A stretch of 32,000 nucleotides of DNA, from NCBI GenBank assembly GCA_030149205.1, contig JASBSB010000001.1:390001-422000 (forward strand), written 5' to 3'. Positions 1-8,361 of the stretch are shown piece after piece. A program made the translations under genes and the position numbers. The notes below the pieces were generated by a model that was given only the letters and a program-made list of their open reading frames with translations, made no database searches and was not told where the DNA came from. This DNA comes from Candidatus Heimdallarchaeota archaeon (GTDB lineage Archaea > Asgardarchaeota > Heimdallarchaeia > Heimdallarchaeales > Kariarchaeaceae). The first letter of the stretch is position 1. Each line of letters opens with the position of its first letter.

Positions 1-196
1 GTTCATATTCTCTAGGACCTCCGAATCTCTGAATCAGAAATAAGGCTTGAAGTTCTTTTCCTTCTTCTAAATCTTCTGGGAACAATGGTCTTAAAACCTG
101 ATCATTTTCGACCTTTCCATAAAAAACTTCAACAAGTTCGTAAAATTTTCCAGAACCTCCAATAAGGGAATATATCTCTTTATCTGATGCTAGCAT
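1..196 (-). CDS. Group II truncated haemoglobin (trHbO/GlbO-like 2/2 globin); 3' part runs off the window
   Basis: Not in the ORF track. Manual translation from ATG at 196 (in-frame TGA just upstream) gives MLASDKEIYSLIGGSGKFYELVEVFYGKVENDQVLRPLFPEDLEEGKELQALFLIQRFGGPREYE. This has the trHb hallmarks Y-x-x-IGG, FY (B9/B10), LRPLFP (CD1 region) and FLxQxFGGPxxY. The proximal His F8 would lie outside the window. Confidence 0.88.
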   Translation of the reverse strand, partial: MLASDKEIYSLIGGSGKFYELVEVFYGKVENDQVLRPLFPEDLEEGKELQALFLIQRFGGPREYE

Positions 197-818
197 TATA
201 TATCAAAATTTGATTTATTCTATTTCAATCTTAGGATACCTCTATTTGAGTTACAATTAAACAAGAGCACACAAATTTTTATAAAAGAAATTGAGAAGCT
301 GGATAAAAAAATTGTAGTTTTAAATAGAAGCAATATTTTTTAACTCTGCTTTCCGAGTATTTTCATCATTTTGAGTCTCTGATTGTTCGATGCACATTGA
401 GAAAAATCAAAATCAAAGAAACCAACATTGTTCTTACCTTAAATCACAGATAAGTATACGTTCAAACTAAGCTTACGTTTGTTGAATTATTGAAATTATG
501 TATGGGTATAATGTATATGGGAGACCCACTTTCCGCAGGTATGTTACCCTCTTAGAAATAGAAGTTTGTTTTTTCTGAAAATCTCTAAAAATAACAATAG
601 AATACAAATTTATTATTTTGGTGGAAAATGATATTACTCATATGAGGAATCCCAAAATTCCAAAGGTGCAAAAACAACAAAGAAATCTAAGTTGAATTTT
701 AGATTGAGTGAATATTTTTGAGAGTAAGAGAATATTTGAAGAATATCAAAATAGTTTGTTTTTAGGTAAATTGTGTTATTCAATCAAATGATACTTCTAA
801 ATTTATCTATAATAATCC

Positions 819-1730
819 TTATTTTATCAGTGAGAGGGCATTTTCTTTGAAAATCTGTGATATCGACTGGTCAGATAGATTCATCGATTGGAAGATCCTG
901 TAGAATGAAATTGCATTCTGAAGAATACTGGGGACTCCCGGGGAAGGAAAGTCAGAACCAAAGATACAGCGATCAATAAATCTATCTATTCTAGGGAAAT
1001 ATTCAATAAGTTTTGTTGGCGGTACACCTGATAAATCAAAGTGTATTTTTGGAAACTTTCTCATGAGATATTCAAACTCTTTTGTCCAAAAGGGACGACC
1101 TCCATGTGCCAATACAACTTTAATAGTTGGATAATCTATTAATACATCCTCGATGTCAAGAGGATTGCCATACCTGCTTCTTGCTTTTGGAAAAATACTA
1201 CTTCCGGTATGAAATAATATTGGAGTTTTCGTAGCCTCACATATCTCATAGAGGGATGCTAAACTATTGTTACCCTTTGTATATTCGTTTGGACTTAACA
1301 ACTGATGAGGCCCATGAACTTTTACCATTTTAATCTGTGATGTTTCAAGATAATCTTTGATTAAGCTGCCTGAATTGTTATGATTGAATGGCTCTACTCC
1401 TCCCACTGGAATCAGAAAACCATCAGATTGTTCACAAAAATTGACAGACCAATTATTTATTTCAAAACCGTATCCCATTACCCTTGTCGACTCATAATTA
1501 ATTAAGAAAGCATGTTTTACCCCTTGGTCCTTAAGCAACTCAACTAGTGGATTCGGGTCATTCACATCAAAATTAGATTTATTTTCTTCAAAAAGGAATG
1601 GAAACTCCTTTTGTATCATTTTTAGTACACCTTGATCTAAATGTCCTGGCCCCATCCAATGTAAATGGGCATCAACATAATTTGAGAATAGGGTAAAGCT
1701 TGTTTCCACAAGGGTAATTTCATAAAACAA
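819..1730 (-). CDS. Amidohydrolase family 2 (TIM-barrel metal-dependent hydrolase)
   Basis: Motifs YVDAHLH, ILFHTG, VVLAHGGRP, FDLSG and FGSDFP. Confidence 0.88.
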   Translation of the reverse strand: MFYEITLVETSFTLFSNYVDAHLHWMGPGHLDQGVLKMIQKEFPFLFEENKSNFDVNDPNPLVELLKDQGVKHAFLINYESTRVMGYGFEINNWSVNFCEQSDGFLIPVGGVEPFNHNNSGSLIKDYLETSQIKMVKVHGPHQLLSPNEYTKGNNSLASLYEICEATKTPILFHTGSSIFPKARSRYGNPLDIEDVLIDYPTIKVVLAHGGRPFWTKEFEYLMRKFPKIHFDLSGVPPTKLIEYFPRIDRFIDRCIFGSDFPSPGVPSILQNAISFYRIFQSMNLSDQSISQIFKENALSLIK

Positions 1731-1830
1731 CTATTAACCTTAGTAAAGAGGAAATTACATCACTGCTTTTTTCTGATTTCAAATTGGTTTGAAGTAAAGC
1801 TTAAAATTAAATTGCAAGTATTTTACCCTA

Positions 1831-2541
1831 ATGATTCCTGGACTTATCTTTGATCTGGATGGAACTACTGTTGTTAATGAAGAGGGGATGCTAAATGCAT
1901 TTAAAAGAACTTTTTCAGATTTAAATATAACTGAGCCTAAAAATGAAGATATTCTAAACTACATGGGGACACCCTTAGAGAATGTATTAGAAAATTTGAA
2001 TGTTGACCCTACAGAATACCCCACACTTAAAGACCTATTTTGGAACTATTTATCCAAGGATGTAAACTCACATCTCGTGAATGGGCTTGAAGAATTATTG
2101 AAAGAATTAAAGAGTAAGGGGAACAGGTTAGTAATTGTAACCTCTAAAACTCAAAAATTGGTGGATTTAGATAGGAAAAACTTTGAATTAGATAAACTAT
2201 TTGACTATTACGTAACCTCTGATATGACTGAAAAACATAAACCAGATCCTGAACCTCTAATTGCTGCAATGAACAAATATCAAAATGACACAAATTTTCT
2301 AACCTACGTGGGAGATTCTATTTTTGATATGAAAGCAGCAACTGATGCGGGATTAAAACCCATTGGGGTCACATGGGGTGTTCATGGTTCATTATTCACC
2401 ACAATTAAAGAGCACCTCTTGAAAGGCAGTGATAAATTACCTCATCTTCCTGTTTCTTTTTCGCTTGAAGAGTTCAGAAACATATCAATAGTTTCAACCA
2501 TTGCTGAACTAAAGATGGAAATAAATAAATTATTAAGTTAG
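1831..2541 (+). CDS. HAD-superfamily phosphatase (PpaX/phosphoglycolate-phosphatase-like)
   Basis: Motif I FDLDGT, motif II VTSK, motif III HKPDPEP, motif IV YVGDSxxD. Confidence 0.9.
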   Translation: MIPGLIFDLDGTTVVNEEGMLNAFKRTFSDLNITEPKNEDILNYMGTPLENVLENLNVDPTEYPTLKDLFWNYLSKDVNSHLVNGLEELLKELKSKGNRLVIVTSKTQKLVDLDRKNFELDKLFDYYVTSDMTEKHKPDPEPLIAAMNKYQNDTNFLTYVGDSIFDMKAATDAGLKPIGVTWGVHGSLFTTIKEHLLKGSDKLPHLPVSFSLEEFRNISIVSTIAELKMEINKLLS

Positions 2542-2649
2542 CCTCACTCATAAATTAGAAAAGTTTGGATCTAAAAAATACTATAAAATCAAAAATGTTA
2601 AAATTACGTAGAGAAGAATCTTAATATACCTTTCTAACTTAATTAACTC

Positions 2650-3327
2650 ATGAGAAACCCTCTTAAGAAGATACAACCTGTTTCCCCTCCAGCAGAGGAG
2701 TACGGTCCCTTATCTGAAAAAACCAAGAGAGTACGAGTCCCACCCGGACAAAGATTAGCTAAAAGGTGGCCAGTATTGTCTGCTGAGAGAACCCCAAAGT
2801 TTAACGGGAAGGATTGGGATGTGACAGTAGACGGTTTGGTCAAAAACCCACAAAAATGGACATGGGATGAATTTAAGAACCTTGCCAAGACGGAACAGGT
2901 TTCTGATTTACACTGTGTGACAACTTGGAGTCTATTAGATCAGAAATTTGGTGGCTTATCATTCAAAAGACTATTAGAAATTGTCCAGCCTTTGCCAGAG
3001 GCAGAGTATGTCACCTTTGAAGCAGAATCTGGATATACTACAGCAATACCATTAAAGGAGGGATATCTTCTTGAAAATGATGTTCTATTAGCATATGAAC
3101 ATGAAAACGAACCTCTAGAAGCAGACCATGGTGGCCCATTGAGGTTGTTGGTTCCACAGTTATATCTCTGGAAATCTGTGAAATGGTTAAAAAAAATAAG
3201 CTTCAAAAGTGAGTGGGAACGAGGTTTTTGGGAAGTACGAGGGTATCACCAAAGAGCTGATCCTTGGCTGGAAGAGAGATACTCATCAGAAGAGAAACCT
3301 ATAAGGCGAAATCATAAAATTGATTGA
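2650..3327 (+). CDS. Sulfite-oxidase-like molybdopterin-dependent oxidoreductase (YuiH/MsrP-like, no export signal)
   Basis: DLHCVTTWS (Mo-ligand Cys), HGGPLRLLVPQLYLWKSVKWL, GFWExRGYH and ADPWLEERY. Confidence 0.9.
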   Translation: MRNPLKKIQPVSPPAEEYGPLSEKTKRVRVPPGQRLAKRWPVLSAERTPKFNGKDWDVTVDGLVKNPQKWTWDEFKNLAKTEQVSDLHCVTTWSLLDQKFGGLSFKRLLEIVQPLPEAEYVTFEAESGYTTAIPLKEGYLLENDVLLAYEHENEPLEADHGGPLRLLVPQLYLWKSVKWLKKISFKSEWERGFWEVRGYHQRADPWLEERYSSEEKPIRRNHKID

Positions 3328-4027
3328 AGAGAATTCATTATTTTTGGATACTACATCAGGTTCAACTGAAATTTTGTTAAGGTTTATCCATTTCTGGATG
3401 CAAAGAGATGACTCATCTGGTGTCATTGCTAGTTTAATGAAATTAGAAGAATCTTACAAAGATATGTACCTAATTAAAAATTTTGTTGATAAGTTCTCCA
3501 AATACAGTGAGAATAAGATTTTAGGAGAGTTTGAAGAATTATATAAATCCACTAACAAGTTTATTGAAAATTACAAATGGAAAGTTATGAGTATTATAGG
3601 TTCAAACAGACGCTGTTTAACATTTTCAAACAGCTTTTTTTTACAGGAAACTCTACCTGTGTTACAGCCTGAAAAAGTCTATGTAACTAAGTCTAAACCA
3701 GGAGAGGAAGGGATCATTTTGAACAAAAAATTACTTGATTATTCACTCAACTCAGTCATGATCGATGACGTAGACCTCAGCCATTATTGTAAAAAGAACC
3801 TAATTGACTTTGTAATTGTTTCATGCGATGGTTATATTAAATCTCAAGGCTTTATCAACAAAATTGGAACGGCAAAACTTTTGAACCTAGCAGAAACTAA
3901 CAATGTTGAGAGCTATGTCTTAACTCACCCATTAAAACTATTAAACACAAAGCCAAACAAACTAACTAACAGTCTAATGGAATGGGTTGATACATCGGAT
4001 CTGAGATTGCTACGTTATATTGAATAA
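3320..4027 (+). CDS. eIF-2B alpha/beta/delta family protein (aIF-2B-like)
   Basis: TTSGS near the N-terminus, LTFSNS, KSKPGEEG (ESRP..EG-like), IVSCDG and INKIGT (NKIGT signature). TTG start overlaps the upstream CDS by 8 nt. Confidence 0.75.
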   Translation: MIEENSLFLDTTSGSTEILLRFIHFWMQRDDSSGVIASLMKLEESYKDMYLIKNFVDKFSKYSENKILGEFEELYKSTNKFIENYKWKVMSIIGSNRRCLTFSNSFFLQETLPVLQPEKVYVTKSKPGEEGIILNKKLLDYSLNSVMIDDVDLSHYCKKNLIDFVIVSCDGYIKSQGFINKIGTAKLLNLAETNNVESYVLTHPLKLLNTKPNKLTNSLMEWVDTSDLRLLRYIE

Positions 4028-4106
4028 CTGAAAAGTATTTTTACATTGTATAAACAATTCGTGGAGCAAATTAGAGTATGTATTAAGGCATATGAGTTAA
4101 GCCATA

Positions 4107-5282
4107 TCAATTATAGACTGAAGCTAAGACAGCAAGTAGTAACAAATTCCTCTTGATTGGAATAAGCGAATCAGGTCCTACATCAATCCATTCATCAAGT
4201 GCATGAGCATTCCCTGCTCTTTCAGATCCTGCTAAAGAAACTGCGTCGATCCCCATTGATTGTGGGATATTAGCATCAGTACTACTTACTGTTTCATTTA
4301 CCTTAAGGTTTAGAAATGAGTGCACTTCCTGTATATTTTTCAGAAGTTGAGAGTTTGGAGATAAAGACCCACAAGGTCTATCCCCAATTTTTTTGATTTC
4401 TACTTGAATTGTTCCTAATCTTAATTCGTTTTCATTAGAAACCGCTTTTTCGAGCAGCTGATTCATTTTCTCTGATAAAGTTTCAATCTGTTCCATGGAT
4501 TCAGACCTCAAGTCAATTTGACATTTAACCTCAAATGGGATAGAATTTACAGAGGTCCCCCCATTTATCACGCCAACTGAAAATGTTGTTTTAGGATTTT
4601 CAGGGACTGAAAGCTTACTGAAGTCAGTTAAAAACTGACCGAGTGCATACATCGGATTAACAGTGCCAAAAGCACCAAAACTATGTCCTCCAGGCCCTGT
4701 AAAAGAGATCTCAAATCTCTTGCTCCCTAATGATTTTGAAACAACTCTTGATGAATCCGAACCATCAATTGTAATGAAGGTTCTTATATTCGAGGCTAAA
4801 TTCTTATGTTCTTCAGATCTGAACAAATGCTTTACGCCCCTTAAATCTCCGATTCCTTCCTCCCCCACGTTTGCTAATAATAATATTGATTTTTTAGTTT
4901 TCAAGCTAAACAGTTGTTTTGCGAGAAATATTAAATTCGTCAACCCTCTTGAGTCATCACCTACTCCTGGTCCAATTAGTAGGTTCTCAGATCGTTTTAT
5001 TTCAATTTTAACTTCTTTTGGAAAAACGGTGTCCAGGTGTGCTGCAACTACTATAGAGGGATTATTCTCTTCGGATCCTTCCTTAATCACATACACATTC
5101 CCTATTGAGTCCTTTAAAGGTAGATATCCTATTTCTTTAAACATCTCATAAATTAGATTGCCTCGCTCTTCTTCTAAAAAAGGTGGTGCTGGAACAGAAG
5201 CAATTTCTGTTGTTAATCTTGCAAAATATTCAAAGTCAGTAATGTTGTCCAATTGTACAATTTTTGAAACTTCTTTAATCAC
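4107..5282 (-). CDS. M20/M25/M40 family metallopeptidase (peptidase-T-like)
   Basis: AAHLDTVFP, GPGVGDDSRG, NVGEEGIGDLRG, TGPGGHS, SSTDAN and NAHALDEW. GTG start is preceded by AAGGA. Confidence 0.9.
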   Translation of the reverse strand: MIKEVSKIVQLDNITDFEYFARLTTEIASVPAPPFLEEERGNLIYEMFKEIGYLPLKDSIGNVYVIKEGSEENNPSIVVAAHLDTVFPKEVKIEIKRSENLLIGPGVGDDSRGLTNLIFLAKQLFSLKTKKSILLLANVGEEGIGDLRGVKHLFRSEEHKNLASNIRTFITIDGSDSSRVVSKSLGSKRFEISFTGPGGHSFGAFGTVNPMYALGQFLTDFSKLSVPENPKTTFSVGVINGGTSVNSIPFEVKCQIDLRSESMEQIETLSEKMNQLLEKAVSNENELRLGTIQVEIKKIGDRPCGSLSPNSQLLKNIQEVHSFLNLKVNETVSSTDANIPQSMGIDAVSLAGSERAGNAHALDEWIDVGPDSLIPIKRNLLLLAVLASVYN

Positions 5283-5347
5283 GAACTATTTCCTTTTATC
5301 CATATTGAAAAACGTTTGCTGTTTCTCCATTTGGATAATCAACTCTC

Positions 5348-6403
5348 TTATCCAAAAAATGAATCCAATGATGTTTGACTCCTTAAAATTTCGATTTCTC
5401 TTGCTGTTTTAAAAATTAAAGGTTTATGTCTTGCTTCAGAAAACCCTCGTTCCTCTACAAGAAACTTAAGGATTTTTTCTGGATCATATTCATGAAATTC
5501 CACACTCACACCTTTCTTAACATTCGGATTTAAAAAAATTTCTCGAATCTCTTCATAGGGAACCTCTACCTCTTTAATTCTATCCACATTTTTCTGAATA
5601 GATTCAAAGCTTCCATACTCTTTGATATATTTAAATGCAGTTTTAGGGCCAACCTTTTTAAAACCCCCTGGGTTAAAATCAGAACCAAGAAGAACCCCTA
5701 AATCTATCAGCTGTTCCTTGGTAATTTGCAATCCATCCAATAAATCTCTTAGATTAATTTCCTCAGGGCTAATTGTTATAACTTTCCCCCCAGGAAGATT
5801 TCGTTTCCCACTCAAATTTAGATTTCTTACCAAAGTCGGAGCTCCAAATAATAATGCGTCATAGTCCTGAGATGCTGTTGCATGAGCTATTCCCTCTATT
5901 GTTAACATTGCTGCTTGAGCTTCACCCTCTCCCGGGGCTTGTACAACTGGAATACCCATTGCTTCTAACAATTTTTTTGAATCATCAACCATTTCGGGAG
6001 TAAGTCTGGAGAGTCTCTGTCCCATTTTTTTTGCTCTTATCAGGTCACCCTCTTTCATTGCCTTTTCGTACTCTTTTTCAGCTATTTTTTTTTGTTTTGA
6101 CCTATTTTCAATCTCCTGATGTTTTAAGGGATGAGATTCACCATCAAATACATAAACTGGTTTTATACCTTTTTGAAGAAGTTGTGAATTTCTTGTAAGT
6201 AAGCCTATTAAATGTGAAGTGACTCTTCCTTCGTGGTCTGTCAATGTTTGACCTGTCTGATCCCTTATAGTTGAGAGAAATTGATATAGAACATTAAATG
6301 CATCAAAGGCCATAATTCTATCTTTAAACTCTTCCAAATTCCTTTCTTTCTTGAATGGAATATTTGACTCATCCAAGAGAGCGGAAAGATTCTTTACACC
6401 CAC
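5348..6403 (-). CDS. fen: Flap endonuclease 1 (archaeal FEN1) with C-terminal PCNA-binding PIP box
   Basis: MGVK start, AFDAFNVLYQFL, TSHLIGL, PVYVFDG, QAPGEGEAQAA, SQDYDALLFGAP, LGSDFNPGG and terminal QTSLDSFFG (5354..5377). Confidence 0.97.
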   Translation of the reverse strand: MGVKNLSALLDESNIPFKKERNLEEFKDRIMAFDAFNVLYQFLSTIRDQTGQTLTDHEGRVTSHLIGLLTRNSQLLQKGIKPVYVFDGESHPLKHQEIENRSKQKKIAEKEYEKAMKEGDLIRAKKMGQRLSRLTPEMVDDSKKLLEAMGIPVVQAPGEGEAQAAMLTIEGIAHATASQDYDALLFGAPTLVRNLNLSGKRNLPGGKVITISPEEINLRDLLDGLQITKEQLIDLGVLLGSDFNPGGFKKVGPKTAFKYIKEYGSFESIQKNVDRIKEVEVPYEEIREIFLNPNVKKGVSVEFHEYDPEKILKFLVEERGFSEARHKPLIFKTAREIEILRSQTSLDSFFG

Positions 6404-6491
6404 ACCATAAGATTTTTCCCTTAGTTAATAACTTATCAATGGACGATTGAACTCTTGTTACTGCAGTTGAACTGCTCTTTGACTTTTAATG

Positions 6492-7433
6492 TTAATCTGA
6501 AATTACATCAACTTGAATCCCATTTTGCTCCGATTTTATTGTTAATGTGGGAAGTACCCAGTTTGTGTACCAGTTCTCAATACGTTTTACACGTTTTTCA
6601 ATTTCATCAACAGTTGGTTGGTTTAGAACACATTTAACAGTACATAAACTACATGCAAAATGTTTTTCAAAATATTTGAAACATCTGTCAAAATCAATTT
6701 TATAATCAACTGATGGAATGACTTGCAATGGGAATGGATAATCTCTATTTGTTATTGCTGAGACTGGGCAATTACCAACACAATATTTACACCGAGCACA
6801 AAAAGCAGAAATACCACGATCTATTGGTTGGTCTATTTCTATTTCTGCATTTATTGAAATTGCTGATAACCTTACCAGTGAACCAAATTTAAAGTCGATA
6901 AACAACCCTGTTCTACCCTTCTCTCCCAACCCAGCCTTATATGCTAAAGGACTAAAAAGCAAAAAGTGATTATCGAACCTATCACCTAACGGATGATGTC
7001 CCCATACATCATATCCTAAAGATTTCAATTTAGAAGTTAATTTAAGAGTTTTATCTCCAGCCTCAGCATAGGCATGTAAAATTTCTGTTGCTGATTCTAA
7101 AGAAGGAGCAGAGTTCATCCTAGAATAATCTTGCTTTGTTACCAAAACTATCACTTTCGAATTCACAAATCTATCAGACTCAGAAACTAAAAATACTTCT
7201 TCTTTAGATATCTCAGTCACTCCAAATCTTTTAACTCCTACTTCTTCTAGTAGTTCATTTAATTCTTGTCGTTCAAGAACTCGCTTGAGTCTTCTTGGGT
7301 TTTCAAGATTAAGTAAATCTAAGTTTTTTTGTTGATTTATCAATCGAGCCCTTAGCCTTTTTTGCTCGTCTGTTACAGTAGTCCCACGTGGTTTTATTTT
7401 AGAAAGTCGTTCCTGATTAGCGGGATTTAACAT
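6492..7433 (-). CDS. QueG/reductive-dehalogenase-like 2x[4Fe-4S] protein (putative cobalamin-dependent reductase)
   Basis: AYKAGLGEKGRTGL, FGSLVRLSAI, CxxCxxCxxxCP (CARCKYCVGNCP) and a second Cx9CxxCxxxC cluster. No Tat RRxFLK signal is visible. Confidence 0.75.
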   Translation of the reverse strand: MLNPANQERLSKIKPRGTTVTDEQKRLRARLINQQKNLDLLNLENPRRLKRVLERQELNELLEEVGVKRFGVTEISKEEVFLVSESDRFVNSKVIVLVTKQDYSRMNSAPSLESATEILHAYAEAGDKTLKLTSKLKSLGYDVWGHHPLGDRFDNHFLLFSPLAYKAGLGEKGRTGLFIDFKFGSLVRLSAISINAEIEIDQPIDRGISAFCARCKYCVGNCPVSAITNRDYPFPLQVIPSVDYKIDFDRCFKYFEKHFACSLCTVKCVLNQPTVDEIEKRVKRIENWYTNWVLPTLTIKSEQNGIQVDVISD

Positions 7434-7748
7434 AGCTTATCATAGATATTCTTGCAAGTTATACCTTTTGGAATGAGTCAGAGAAATTTGTAAATTTATC
7501 AGCTTTGATCAGATTTTTTATACACAGTAATATGTGACCTTAGCTCCTAAAACCTCAAAAATATGTGTGGAACGAACTTCGTAAAATTCTTAAATAACAT
7601 TGCGTATTTCAGGAAACTATATCCCAGGGGATCGATTTTCGTAACACTTTGCACAATTTAGCCGAATAAATTTCGAAATAATTCAGCAATCACAAATTTT
7701 TTTAGATTAATGAGCTAAAAAATTATAAATAATTAACAAATCAGATAG

Positions 7749-7756
7749 TTTATATA
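7749..7756 (+). promoter_or_regulatory. Putative archaeal TATA box for the 7779 ORF (probably a leaderless transcript)
   Basis: TTTATATA ends about 22 nt upstream of ATG 7779, and there is no Shine-Dalgarno-like sequence. Confidence 0.45.
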
Positions 7757-7778
7757 GTAGATTTGTGTATAATTTATC

Positions 7779-8045
7779 ATGAGCACAGTAATAATTGACA
7801 AGCAGAAAGAAAACATTGGCTTTGCTCCTATGTCCACTAAGTTCAATGAGTTTTGTAAAGTAAATGTTGGAAATTGGGAGACTATTTCAAAATCTAAAAC
7901 CTATAAGATAATCACTGAAGAACTGATCAATAAGCATGGAGACCTTGCCTTTAGTGAATTTGTAAAATTCGTTGGGAGAGAAACCAACACACCTATTAGT
8001 GAAGTTCTACAAATTTTCGGAAATTACCTTCAAAATGGAAATTAA
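7779..8045 (+). CDS. Small hypothetical protein, possibly resembling the N-terminal half of an H-NOX (HNOB) domain
   Basis: 88-aa ORF with a plausible TATA box. NxGxWETIxK and PISEVLQIFGNYL resemble H-NOX helices, judged by eye only. Confidence 0.55.
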   Translation: MSTVIIDKQKENIGFAPMSTKFNEFCKVNVGNWETISKSKTYKIITEELINKHGDLAFSEFVKFVGRETNTPISEVLQIFGNYLQNGN

Positions 8046-8127
8046 ATACAAAAAAAAGTTTCAATTTTGAATTTCAGATAATTTTTATAGACTAATTTAG
8101 ATCAATTTTAGCGTATAAGATAAATGA

Positions 8128-8217
8128 TGGACTGAGCGGGATTTTCGAGATTTATCTTTTCGAACCCGCGGCTGCTAGTATGCGAAACTAGCACTCTACC
8201 AACTGAGTTATCAGCCC
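8128..8217 (-). tRNA. tRNA-Ala (anticodon CGC) with a 17-nt intron at 59/60; CCA not encoded
   Basis: Full cloverleaf: acceptor GGGCTGA/TCAGTCC with G3:U70 and A73 (Ala identity), D stem ACTC/GAGT, anticodon stem CTAGT/ACTAG with loop TTCGCAT, T stem GCGGG/CCCGC. Mature length is 73 nt after intron removal. Confidence 0.96.
8142..8158 (-). other. BHB tRNA intron in the T-loop (59/60)
   Basis: GCGGG-TTCG-AAA-AGA-TAAA-TCT-CGAA-AAT-CCCGC forms a 4-bp central helix TTCG/CGAA with two 3-nt bulges. Canonical cleavage restores the T-loop TTCGAAT. Confidence 0.93.
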
Positions 8218-8361
8218 ATTAATCTACCTCTTTTGTGTCTATTTTGAACATTCCCATAACAATCGAAATTCTCAGTGAATTGAGATAAATTATTTTCAAA
8301 ATCAATGATTCATTATTTAGAGATTGGTGAGATTTAAAATCAATGAAACACGGTGTGGAGT

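Noticed and set aside
197-818. 620-nt gap; possible small gene or structured RNA (e.g. GGGTA...TACCC pairing near 503..549)
   Set aside because: Only ORFs of about 26 aa or less were found, with no motifs. The pairing is short and interrupted, and no recognisable ncRNA consensus is present.
2643-5864. Antisense ORFs 2643..2888, 2940..3206, 4663..5151, 5158..5412 and 5622..5864
   Set aside because: They overlap well-supported conserved CDSs on the opposite strand and have no motifs, so they are shadow ORFs.
7434-7778. Possible cobalamin riboswitch upstream of the QueG-like gene
   Set aside because: No B12-box or GCCACTG-type consensus was found on either strand.
8046-8127. Integrated element or att duplication at the tRNA-Ala 3' ends
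   Set aside because: I saw no second copy of either tRNA 3' end and no integrase in the window.
8308-8346. 11-nt direct repeat AAAATCAATGA (8308..8318 and 8336..8346) upstream of the 7TM-longin gene
   Set aside because: It could be an operator, but two AT-rich 11-mers in this composition are not distinguishable from chance.
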